In this document: positions 1-7,561 of the stretch, piece by piece | How the letters are laid out: each line of letters starts with the position of its first letter | Numbering within the stretch: position 1 is the stretch's first letter | Translations under genes and position numbers: made by a program | The notes under the pieces: model-generated | What the model saw: only the letters and a program-made list of their open reading frames with translations | The model's database searches: none | Told to the model about the DNA's origin: nothing | Virus record (IMG/VR): IMGVR_UViG_3300049489_001004 | Location: 1-55,555 of that record | From: a virus | Taxonomy: Duplodnaviria > Caudoviricetes | Length of the DNA: 55,555 nt | Strand: one strand, 5' to 3'

Positions 1-10
1 GGTGATAGCG

Positions 11-43
11 AAAGCCCTAGGTCTTAATTGATCTAGGGCTTTT
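11..43 (+). terminator. Intrinsic terminator-like hairpin
   Basis: aaagccctaggtc-ttaatt-gatctagggcttt inverted repeat ending in a T run. Confidence 0.6.
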
Positions 44-63
44 ACTATTATCGATTTAATAAA

Positions 64-462
64 ATGGGTCTCTACGACGAAATAACAATCCAGTTCAATG
101 TTTCCCACTGGATTCCCGCACTGCCAGTATTGGATAATGAGTTTAAAGCAGTAACTTATCAAACAAAAGATTTAGAATGTCTTTTAAATCATTATAAAAT
201 AACCCCATCAGGTTTATTTATTGACATTGGTTCTGCTTTTGACGAAGTTGAATCAAACGCTGTGGAACTTTCTAAAGTAAATTACACTTTATATGACGGG
301 ACCGCAATAAATTTATATTATACGGGGACGATAAGGTTTTATAGTCATTTAGAAAATAGTGAATATTCTTGGGCGGAATTTATTGCCGTATTTCAAAATT
401 CTCACATGAAACATTTATATTGTTTAGAATTAGTAAAAAGGAAAGTTTCGCCAAATGAATGA
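64..462 (+). CDS. Hypothetical phage protein
   Basis: 132-aa ORF with MGLYD start and YQTKDLEC motif, first of a tightly packed + strand run. Confidence 0.7.
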   Translation: MGLYDEITIQFNVSHWIPALPVLDNEFKAVTYQTKDLECLLNHYKITPSGLFIDIGSAFDEVESNAVELSKVNYTLYDGTAINLYYTGTIRFYSHLENSEYSWAEFIAVFQNSHMKHLYCLELVKRKVSPNE

Positions 463-676
463 ACAAATATCAACTTCATACTCACATCGACAAATTTTCG
501 TAGACAAAGATAATAAAATTTATCTTACTCTTACCGAAGATAATAAGATAGAGCTTGCCGTTCAAGCAAATGGTCAGAGCGTAATTGTTAAATTACGTGA
601 TGAGTCAACACTTCATCATTTTATTCAAAAACTGAAAATCTTAGAGCCTAATCTGGCAAGTGATGTACAAGTGTGA
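455..676 (+). CDS. Hypothetical protein
   Basis: Overlaps both neighbours in an operon-like run. Confidence 0.6.
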   Translation: MNEQISTSYSHRQIFVDKDNKIYLTLTEDNKIELAVQANGQSVIVKLRDESTLHHFIQKLKILEPNLASDVQV

Positions 677-884
677 TTGGTATGTGACTGCAGAGCAGCC
701 AGATCAATACTTACATCCCAGCTTATGGAAGGTAGATTTTATGCTATCTTTGTCTACAGATTCCATTGCAAATTCACCACTTACAACACTTTTTAGTGTG
801 TTGGTAAACAAGTGTCATAATCAAGAAGCTGCTATCGCTGAAGCTTTTGCTCAACTACACGAACAAAATATTATCGAAAGTTGA
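660..884 (+). CDS. Hypothetical protein
   Basis: Operon-like packing. Confidence 0.55.
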   Translation: MMYKCDWYVTAEQPDQYLHPSLWKVDFMLSLSTDSIANSPLTTLFSVLVNKCHNQEAAIAEAFAQLHEQNIIES

Positions 885-887
885 ATC

Positions 888-1169
888 ATGCTTGATGAAC
901 TTGATCAATGTTGTATTTGTAAAAAAGCGTTCAGCCACGAGTCTCGTCAGCATGGATTGCATGATGTCCATTCGGAAGATTGTTTTTCTTACGGACATTT
1001 TAATCCATTCGAAGATGGACTTTTTGATACTGAAGACGAAGATCTTGAGCATATAAGCTGTATGTGTACAATTTTATATGCCCATGCAGATTGCTGTCCA
1101 TCTTGTATAGACCTAGGTTATGATCACAATTTAAAATATGTATCCGACCAAGAAAGTACTGATTACTGA
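888..1169 (+). CDS. Cys/His-rich hypothetical protein, possibly Zn-binding
   Basis: CCIC, CMC and CCPSC motifs; stop overlaps next start (TGATG). Confidence 0.6.
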   Translation: MLDELDQCCICKKAFSHESRQHGLHDVHSEDCFSYGHFNPFEDGLFDTEDEDLEHISCMCTILYAHADCCPSCIDLGYDHNLKYVSDQESTDY

Positions 1170-1567
1170 TGACTAATAGTGGAAATAGATTAATTCATAT
1201 CAAAAAAAGCGATGGCGTCTGTATGACAATTTCCATTCCATCGACAGCAGTAATCACTTATGGTAATCTTCATCCGGGCTCTAAAGGTGTAACTTATCAT
1301 CATGGAAGTAATGATGATAAGTATGTCCTGCGAATTTACGAGGGGACTGGTGTGAGTAAGCGCCAAACTGCTGTTTTTCGCGGAGTAGATCAATTTGTTG
1401 ATGGCGCATATGATATTTCAGTTTCTGGCGATTATGATTCTATATTTCCCACGGTAAATTCTGCAGAATTTGTTTCTTTCGAAGAAGCTGATTTTGGAGA
1501 AATGCTGGTCACAGTAGAAGCAGCAATTGATTCAGAGGGCGAAGTGTTGATCGATGCAACCTGGTGA
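1169..1567 (+). CDS. Hypothetical protein
   Basis: Translationally coupled ORF with acidic C-terminus. Confidence 0.65.
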   Translation: MTNSGNRLIHIKKSDGVCMTISIPSTAVITYGNLHPGSKGVTYHHGSNDDKYVLRIYEGTGVSKRQTAVFRGVDQFVDGAYDISVSGDYDSIFPTVNSAEFVSFEEADFGEMLVTVEAAIDSEGEVLIDATW

Positions 1568-2381
1568 CATCCAAATTCCTTTAATGCAATATACTGGCCA
1601 TAGTCTTGTAGATTTTGCTAGGATCAAAGATCCTAAAAAAGTTGCTAGAGACACTGGAATGATAGGGCCGTATTTAATTAGTGAACAACCTCGACCGAAT
1701 CTTTTTGGTTGCAACCCAAATCATTATCATGGAACTTGGGATCATTATGTATTAATGGTTCAAGAAGTTAAGCCGCGCAAGCAATTGATTTATTATAAAG
1801 AGGGTAAGGCAGATTTTTTAAATCATCCGACGCATTCAATACATTTGGAATTGCCTTATCAATTCTATGTATGGGGTCTTATTGGAATTAAAAATATTAA
1901 TACGAATAAAATATCTTATCGGATAAATAATATTAATGTTTTGTTCTCACCTTACGCATGGAACGATGAATCTACTTATCAAAGTGATTTATTTTATTAT
2001 CACCCATGGCTTCCTAATTTAGTTTATGGCTACGGAGTAGGAAAACCTATTTGTTATACTTCTAAAGCTCGCGGAAACCAATTTTTTGAACATCTTGGTA
2101 ATATTGCTTCGATAAAAACTTTTCAAAGAAAAAAAATTGGTCGCGCCATGGTTTTAGAATATGACGATTTGTTTTCTCAGGTTTTTAATGCAGACGCTGG
2201 CGGAATATTATTAAGATCAAATAAAAATCATACAAAATCTCTTAAGGGTTTTTTGGGTAAACTGTCAAAATATTCTTCAGAAGAAGTTTTGGATTCGAAA
2301 GGCGAAGTATATACTCAACATGCCTTTCCTGAAAAATATAGCATCAAGGCAATTCATGATGCTTTTGATTTGGTGAAATAA
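1554..2381 (+). CDS. Hypothetical protein with weak resemblance to prokaryotic E2 family D
   Basis: 275 aa; LELPYQFY...HPWLPNL...PICY pattern; function uncertain. Confidence 0.5.
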   Translation: MQPGDIQIPLMQYTGHSLVDFARIKDPKKVARDTGMIGPYLISEQPRPNLFGCNPNHYHGTWDHYVLMVQEVKPRKQLIYYKEGKADFLNHPTHSIHLELPYQFYVWGLIGIKNINTNKISYRINNINVLFSPYAWNDESTYQSDLFYYHPWLPNLVYGYGVGKPICYTSKARGNQFFEHLGNIASIKTFQRKKIGRAMVLEYDDLFSQVFNADAGGILLRSNKNHTKSLKGFLGKLSKYSSEEVLDSKGEVYTQHAFPEKYSIKAIHDAFDLVK

Positions 2382-2382
2382 C

Positions 2383-2589
2383 ATGACTGCATACGTATAT
2401 AAATTTGAAGACGGAACTTTATTAGAAGTAGAACAAAAAATGGCTGATGAACCATATACCGTTTTACCTCATCCTTATAAAGTGGATGAAGACGGAGGTA
2501 TGGTTCATGAGCCAGTTAAAAGAGTTCCGGTCTGGAGAACAGATCCAGTATTTAAGGGTAAAGGCTTTTATAAAAACGATAAAACTTAG
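2383..2589 (+). CDS. FmdB-like small protein lacking the Zn-ligand cysteines
   Basis: Y-x-Y...E-x-x-QKM-x-DEP...KR...FKGKGFYKND pattern. Confidence 0.6.
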   Translation: MTAYVYKFEDGTLLEVEQKMADEPYTVLPHPYKVDEDGGMVHEPVKRVPVWRTDPVFKGKGFYKNDKT

Positions 2590-2590
2590 T

Positions 2591-3265
2591 TTATTTAACT
2601 AAGAAACAAGCTTCTCCTCCTCGGGATAATAATTCTTCGAGATCAGCAAAAGTCATATATACAGAACCGTTAATTCCGTATTCGGACCCCCAAGAGTTTT
2701 TGATCTTTACATAATTATTTGTTGTGCCAAATGCTATTCGATCATTGTTTTGTGTCACGCCGTGGATGAAAACGCAATGACCACCTACGGCTTGTCCAGA
2801 ACAGTCAAGAACTCCATTAGGCTGAGGTTCAAACATTGAATCGCGCCACTCAACACCAATAACAATTGGTCCATAATTTAATACTGTTTGAATAACATCT
2901 TGCAGACTGAAACACCAACGATATTCGCTAACTAATCCCATTTGTTTGGCAATTTTTGCTCCGGCTAAAACTGATGTTCCGTCGTATTGTTCACCGTTCC
3001 ATTCATCAATAAATTTGGCAAGGTTATAGGTTCCAAAAGCAGCTGCTTGTGGATCAAGAATTTTTGATCTTTTAGGACTACTTTCTAGGGCTCCAATGAT
3101 TCCATGTCCGACACAAGCACCTTCTACACCTTGATCAAGTTGTTTGCCAGGTAACCAAGTTCTATAAGTTCTTGAATAAGGCGTTGTTGTAGTTAAAGCT
3201 ACTGAATAATTACGACTTCTTGGATCGTGTTTTGAAATCCAGTCTAATTTTCTTAATGTGTTCAT
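2591..3265 (-). CDS. Papain-like (C1) cysteine peptidase
   Basis: [17 protein letters not shown] and KNSWG catalytic motifs. Confidence 0.9.
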   Translation of the reverse strand: MNTLRKLDWISKHDPRSRNYSVALTTTTPYSRTYRTWLPGKQLDQGVEGACVGHGIIGALESSPKRSKILDPQAAAFGTYNLAKFIDEWNGEQYDGTSVLAGAKIAKQMGLVSEYRWCFSLQDVIQTVLNYGPIVIGVEWRDSMFEPQPNGVLDCSGQAVGGHCVFIHGVTQNNDRIAFGTTNNYVKIKNSWGSEYGINGSVYMTFADLEELLSRGGEACFLVK

Positions 3266-3284
3266 GTTAATACCTTTGAAATCT

Positions 3285-3752
3285 TTATACGTTTGGATAG
3301 TCTTTTACAATTTGTTCAACAAAAGATACTGTTTCTGAGTCTAAAACTCTTAAAGTTTTAAGGGTTACTGAACTTTCTGGAGTCGCTGCGCCTTGCATGA
3401 CCAAAAGTTCTCTTAAAATTTGAACTTCTTTTTCCACAAGAGTTACGTATGCGATAAGTTCTTTTTCTCTTATCTTTAAAGAAGCAACGGCGATTCTTAA
3501 CAATTCTATTTGTTTTGTATTTTCTTCTCGCTCTTTTACGGTCTTCTCTTTAAACTCTTCGAACTCGACCAAGATATCTTTCAACTCCTCTCTGTGAGCT
3601 TCTGCATCTACCCTTAACGTATCTGTGATCCACGCTCCTGCATCTACTCTTTTGCCTTTTAAAGCAAATATTCCAGTTACACCCGCAACTACTACAGCTA
3701 TAATTAAAGTGCCGTAAGGCAGTAATTCTTGATATAAATTTTGAGCTATCAT
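3285..3752 (-). CDS. Membrane-anchored coiled-coil protein
   Basis: N-terminal hydrophobic helix followed by a heptad-rich region. Confidence 0.65.
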   Translation of the reverse strand: MIAQNLYQELLPYGTLIIAVVVAGVTGIFALKGKRVDAGAWITDTLRVDAEAHREELKDILVEFEEFKEKTVKEREENTKQIELLRIAVASLKIREKELIAYVTLVEKEVQILRELLVMQGAATPESSVTLKTLRVLDSETVSFVEQIVKDYPNV

Positions 3753-4177
3753 TTTCTTTTTTTCTTTGGTTTAAGAAGAATGTTGTCATAAAATAATGCA
3801 GTAGTAGCCATAAATGCTAAAGAAATCCAAACGCCAATAGACATAATGGAAACTTTAGCTTCTTCAAAATATTTAGCATAAAAGGTCATTAAAGCGTATG
3901 ATGTACCCAAAAAGATCATCATTATATTCAAAAAAATAAATGCTAAATAACTTGCAGTTGCATTGTAAAACAATACCAAAAATGTTACAATAGCCCAAAG
4001 AATACTCCAGGCCCAATAGTCTAATACTAAATAGATTACTTCTGGATACAATTCTCTTTTAGCTTGTTCGTCTTCAATCAGAAAATTTAAAAAACCTGGT
4101 ATACTGATGAACAAGTATGAGATTGTAAAAATTTTGAGAGTGAATAATGGAATTTTTTTTCCAATTAAATATCTCAT
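3749..4177 (-). CDS. Multi-pass membrane protein
   Basis: About four hydrophobic segments and a basic tail. Confidence 0.65.
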   Translation of the reverse strand: MRYLIGKKIPLFTLKIFTISYLFISIPGFLNFLIEDEQAKRELYPEVIYLVLDYWAWSILWAIVTFLVLFYNATASYLAFIFLNIMMIFLGTSYALMTFYAKYFEEAKVSIMSIGVWISLAFMATTALFYDNILLKPKKKRK

Positions 4178-4256
4178 AGGACTTCCTGGTGTGTATTGAA
4201 CCTCCTGAAAATGCAGTGGTTCAGAATAATAGTAAGGTAAATAAAGGTATTGCCCT

Positions 4257-5057
4257 ATGGACGAATTAGATAATTTAGTTTGTGTACTTTTGCATGGACC
4301 CTCAGGCGCAGGTAAGTCTCAAACAGCTAAATTAATAGCTGCTCCAGAAGGAGTCCGGGCCGAAAGAATTAAGCAGCACTATAAAACATTTTGGGACTAT
4401 AGATCATTAGCTGCACCTCTTGGAGAGATGCATACTATTAAAACTCAAACAGTTGGTGCGGACGTAGAGAGTCGTCAATTATGGTTGTTGCACCAAGTGT
4501 TTACAGAGTTATTTCTACCTACAAGTGTAGATTTTAATGATTTTATTGAATTGATCTATGACACGCAAGCTTATCCGCTGGTGTTAAAAGAAAATGCTCA
4601 CGGACAAGTTGTCCGAGACAGAGATTTTATGACACGTACTGCTGACGCATGTCATAAGCTTATTCCAAATGTTTTTGCTAAATATTTGACTCGTTCAATA
4701 TTTCAAAAACATAGAGAATTTATGCGTCAACATGAAGATATCATAGATCAATGTAAAAATATTGTTATCATAAACGATTTACGGCTCCGCTCTGAGCTTG
4801 AATCTTTTTTAGTATTGGAAGATTTTGGCGCTCAGGTTATCACAATTCGTTTAGATGTTTCTCTTTTGGAACAAGATGCTCGTCTCTTAGAAAGAGACAA
4901 TCGTATACTTACCGAAGAACAAAGAAAACATGAAACGCAAATTTCTCCATTCACAGATAATGATTTTAATTTAATTGTCAATACCAATGATTATGACTTA
5001 CCTAATCAAGTATTATTAGTTGAAAGATTCATTGTTGACCAAATTCTTAAGTCCTAA
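4257..5057 (+). CDS. P-loop nucleotide (dNMP) kinase-like protein
   Basis: GPSGAGKS Walker A and IINDLR..E motif. Confidence 0.7.
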   Translation: MDELDNLVCVLLHGPSGAGKSQTAKLIAAPEGVRAERIKQHYKTFWDYRSLAAPLGEMHTIKTQTVGADVESRQLWLLHQVFTELFLPTSVDFNDFIELIYDTQAYPLVLKENAHGQVVRDRDFMTRTADACHKLIPNVFAKYLTRSIFQKHREFMRQHEDIIDQCKNIVIINDLRLRSELESFLVLEDFGAQVITIRLDVSLLEQDARLLERDNRILTEEQRKHETQISPFTDNDFNLIVNTNDYDLPNQVLLVERFIVDQILKS

Positions 5058-5066
5058 GAGGAAAAT

Positions 5067-5375
5067 ATGCCAAGTGTAAAACAAAATGCCGCAGATAAAG
5101 CTAATGATCTATCAGATCAGGTTGTCGGCATGTTTCCAAATTTACAAACAACACAGCAACCTGTAGTTATTTGCGGCGTACAGCGAAAAATCAACATTGG
5201 CAATTTTGAAAACATTGACGTGTATTGTGCCGTCGCAATGCCTTTAGATATCTCGCATTGCGTTGATAATGATCAAGTTACAGAAATGATTGACGTAAAA
5301 CTAGATGAATTACTGCATATTACCTCGAAGAAGACTTCAGAGAAATATAATTTAGTCAAGAATTCTAAAAGTTGA
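5067..5375 (+). CDS. Hypothetical protein
   Basis: GAGGA RBS; RKINIGNFENID motif. Confidence 0.7.
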   Translation: MPSVKQNAADKANDLSDQVVGMFPNLQTTQQPVVICGVQRKINIGNFENIDVYCAVAMPLDISHCVDNDQVTEMIDVKLDELLHITSKKTSEKYNLVKNSKS

Positions 5376-5758
5376 GTGTTGATATGTTAACCGATGAACG
5401 TTTTGCAAAATTTAGACCTATTTTAGGTGAGTACAAATGGCTTAAAGGCGAAATAGTAGATCACGAGAGTGGATTGTTATTCCGTGGTGGTTCACCTGTT
5501 CAGGGTGATCTTGCAACAATGAATTTAGCAATTTTTGATCATGATCATTTAGGCTGGCATACGCTTACTCAAGTATGGGATTATTTAGACGAAAATCCAT
5601 CTTGGCAATATGTGTTAATTTTAAATACTTCAGACAATGATTGGAAACCCCGAATTGTGCATAGTTGGGGAACTAAGTTACCTACGTTTTCAGAGGTAGC
5701 TGCATTAATCGATGAATATTTTGAATATTTCAAAAGATTAGTTCCCATAAATTTTTAA
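5372..5758 (+). CDS. Hypothetical protein
   Basis: Operon-like packing. Confidence 0.6.
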   Translation: MSVDMLTDERFAKFRPILGEYKWLKGEIVDHESGLLFRGGSPVQGDLATMNLAIFDHDHLGWHTLTQVWDYLDENPSWQYVLILNTSDNDWKPRIVHSWGTKLPTFSEVAALIDEYFEYFKRLVPINF

Positions 5759-5785
5759 AAATTTATAATAAAACTGAGAAACTAA

Positions 5786-6136
5786 ATGTCGCTTCGTAAG
5801 CCGCCTCTTGGATACAAAAACGCAAATCACCCTTTAAAATCTCCAGCGGCTTACGATGGAATAAATATTTCGTTTTATGTTGCTTACATAAATGAAACAA
5901 TTGAATACATTAAAAGTCTTGGTGGAATAGATATTGTCATAAGCTATTATAATAATTGGGATTATGATCCAGATGAATATTATTTGCGATATTTTATGCC
6001 AATGACTGAAACAGAAATCGAGCAGCAGAAAAATCGTTCTGCCAAAGCTAAAGCAGCTGCCGCTGCGAAAAAAGAAAAGAAAATTGCTAAAGAGCGAGAA
6101 GAATACGAACGCCTTAAAGCAAAATTCGAAAATTAA
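5786..6136 (+). CDS. Hypothetical protein
   Basis: Charged helical C-terminus ending ERLKAKFEN. Confidence 0.65.
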   Translation: MSLRKPPLGYKNANHPLKSPAAYDGINISFYVAYINETIEYIKSLGGIDIVISYYNNWDYDPDEYYLRYFMPMTETEIEQQKNRSAKAKAAAAAKKEKKIAKEREEYERLKAKFEN

Positions 6137-6142
6137 AATAAG

Positions 6143-6174
6143 TTGTTGAATTAGAAAAGGTATTGTATACTATT
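6143..6174 (+). promoter_or_regulatory. Putative promoter of the ncRNA array and Ro60 gene
   Basis: TTGTTG-17-TATACT, or TTGAAT-16-TACTAT, about 15 nt before unit 1. Confidence 0.45.
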
Positions 6175-6187
6175 AGAAAACATTCTT

Positions 6188-6320
6188 TGTGCTGAAGTGA
6201 AGTTTAGAGTTACTTCATCTTGAAAATGATCAGAGCGGTTCGATTCCGCAGCGGCTTGCAAAAGCTGTTTAGTGTAACGGGAGCACGAATAATGACTTCG
6301 AGCAACTGGTTCTCAGTACA
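6188..6320 (+). ncRNA. Y RNA-like (YrlA-type) unit 1
   Basis: Terminal stem tgtgctga/tcagtaca; GAAGTG, TTACTTC and TGGTTCTC motifs; T arm gcggTTCGATTccgc, GCAA-capped acceptor-like stem, D arm. Confidence 0.85.
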
Positions 6321-6325
6321 TTTTT

Positions 6326-6442
6326 TTATGTTGATGCGTAGATAAGAGTTACTTCACAGGTTCAATTCCCGTATCTAGTAATGTGAATTGCTAGATGTGC
6401 AATGGCGCACACAAAACTTTAATCGCCTGGTTCTCAACATAA
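6326..6442 (+). ncRNA. Y RNA-like unit 2
   Basis: Stem ttatgttga/tcaacataa; same motifs; T-like arm, GTGA-capped stem, D-like hairpin. Confidence 0.8.
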
Positions 6443-6447
6443 TTCAT

Positions 6448-6523
6448 AGCAGCGTAGAGGAGTCTGGTTGTCCTCGACGGGCTCATATCCCGTAGATCGC
6501 AAGTTCAAATCTTGTCGCTGCCA
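6448..6523 (+). tRNA. tRNA-Met(CAT), initiator type
   Basis: Cloverleaf; anticodon arm acggg-ctCATat-cccgt with three G-C pairs; 1:72 mismatch. Confidence 0.9.
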
Positions 6524-6526
6524 CGA

Positions 6527-6662
6527 TATACCGAAGTGTAGTTTAGAGTTACTTCTTACTCTTAATAAGTTAGAGCGGTTCGACTCCGCAGTAGATTGAA
6601 AAATTTGCTTAGTGTAACGGCAGCACAAAAATGTAAACTTTGAACGATTGGTTCTCGGTATA
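6527..6662 (+). ncRNA. Y RNA-like unit 3
   Basis: Stem tataccga/tcggtata; T arm gcggTTCGACTccgc, GAAA-capped stem, D arm. Confidence 0.85.
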
Positions 6663-6671
6663 ATCAATCAA

Positions 6672-6809
6672 TGTGTCGATGTGAAGAATTGAGATACTTC
6701 GAAAACAATGTGTCCAGGTTCGATTCCTGGCTAGGTGTGTAAACATTTAGTAGCTCAACGGCAGAGCAATTGTCCTGCACTACACTTAATTCGATTTGTT
6801 CTCGACACA
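6672..6809 (+). ncRNA. Y RNA-like unit 4 with classic YrlA layout
   Basis: Stem tgtgtcga/tcgacaca; T arm ccaggTTCGATTcctgg, GTAA-capped stem, D arm tagctcaacggcagagc. Confidence 0.88.
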
Positions 6810-6816
6810 ATTTTTA

Positions 6817-6915
6817 AGTATTGATGTGAAGAGTAGGGATACTTCGGAAAAACTAGGCACACGTCTAGAGTGGGTTCAAACCCCACAGTTCCTTATTCAA
6901 AATGTTCTCAATACT
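6817..6915 (+). ncRNA. Y RNA-like unit 5
   Basis: Stem agtattga/tcaatact; inner stem gagtaggga/tccttattc; hairpin followed by T arm gtgggTTCAAACcccac. Confidence 0.8.
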
Positions 6916-6919
6916 ACTT

Positions 6920-6974
6920 TTACTCTCCTAATCTTTTTCCTATTTCGTCGTCGTGTTGGAGATTAGGAGAGTAA
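6920..6974. repeat. 15-bp perfect inverted repeat
   Basis: ttactctcctaatct ... agattaggagagtaa. Confidence 0.85.
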
Positions 6975-6978
6975 TTTC

Positions 6979-7154
6979 GTTTTCGTTAAACGGTGGGCTT
7001 AGAAGCAGCCATCCGATAATGAGTGGAGCAGTCCTGAGGGTTGGCTTTGGCTGGCCCGAAGGGGTAGATTAATATCTACTAAGGTAGAGCTATGAGACAC
7101 ACTACCTCATCTCCTTTTTAGGGGCCTTAGGCGTAATAGCACATTAACGAAAAC
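6979..7154 (+). ncRNA. Structured RNA resembling the 23S rRNA L11-binding (H43/H44) domain
   Basis: 11-bp closing stem gttttcgttaa/ttaacgaaaac; GGCTTAGAAGCAGCCATC at 6996-7013 and GCGTAATAGC at 7131-7140. Confidence 0.8.
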
Positions 7155-7159
7155 AATCC

Positions 7160-7237
7160 TCTTCCGATGTGAAGATTGGGGTTACTTCATTTTTTGGTAA
7201 TGTAACCGTAAACCTCAATCGATTTGTTCTCGGAAGA
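7160..7237 (+). ncRNA. Minimal Y RNA-like unit 6
   Basis: Stems tcttccga/tcggaaga and gattggggtt/aacctcaatc; shared motifs. Confidence 0.8.
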
Positions 7238-7241
7238 ACCA

Positions 7242-7364
7242 TGCAGGTGTGCTACCTCGATCGAAGAGGAGGAGCTACGAAGCAGGAAAACGATGTTTAA
7301 GCGTTGTATACGGCGCTTTTTCGATCAGCCTGTGAAGTGTGAGTTCGATCCTCACGGCCTGCGC
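7242..7364 (+). ncRNA. Atypical enlarged tRNA-like RNA
   Basis: Acceptor gcaggt/gcctgc, T arm gtgagTTCGATCctcac, expanded D and anticodon regions. Confidence 0.65.
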
Positions 7365-7368
7365 GAAA

Positions 7369-7448
7369 GGTACTGATGCGATACACAGAGTTACTTCATT
7401 AATTTTCACTTAATCAAAAAAAACTTTGTGTGCTTGGTTCTCAGTGCT
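7369..7448 (+). ncRNA. Minimal Y RNA-like unit 7
   Basis: Stems ggtactga/tcagtgct and tacacagagtt/aactttgtgtg. Confidence 0.8.
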
Positions 7449-7456
7449 ACTTTTTA

Positions 7457-7531
7457 ACTTGTGATGCGTAGACTAGAGTTACTTCATAATTGAAATTTAT
7501 AAAAGCCTTTAGTCGCTTGGTTCTCACAAGT
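7457..7531 (+). ncRNA. Minimal Y RNA-like unit 8
   Basis: Stems acttgtga/tcacaagt and gactagag/ctttagtc. Confidence 0.8.
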
Positions 7532-7561
7532 ATTCTTATTAACAAATAGAGAAAAGAGAAA

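Noticed and set aside
6434-6667. Minus-strand 77-aa ORF, and similarly 11182-11409, 12576-12767 and 13814-14029
   Set aside because: These are antisense shadows of tRNA or ncRNA genes.
6979-7154. A true rRNA gene or host contamination
   Set aside because: Only two short loops match 23S rRNA; the stems and insert are unrelated and the context is continuous phage sequence.
6188-7531. CRISPR array interpretation of the recurring GAGTTACTTC / TGGTTCTC motifs
   Set aside because: The repeats are short, split and degenerate, unit lengths vary from 75 to 138 nt, interiors are structured tRNA-like modules, and no cas operon is present.
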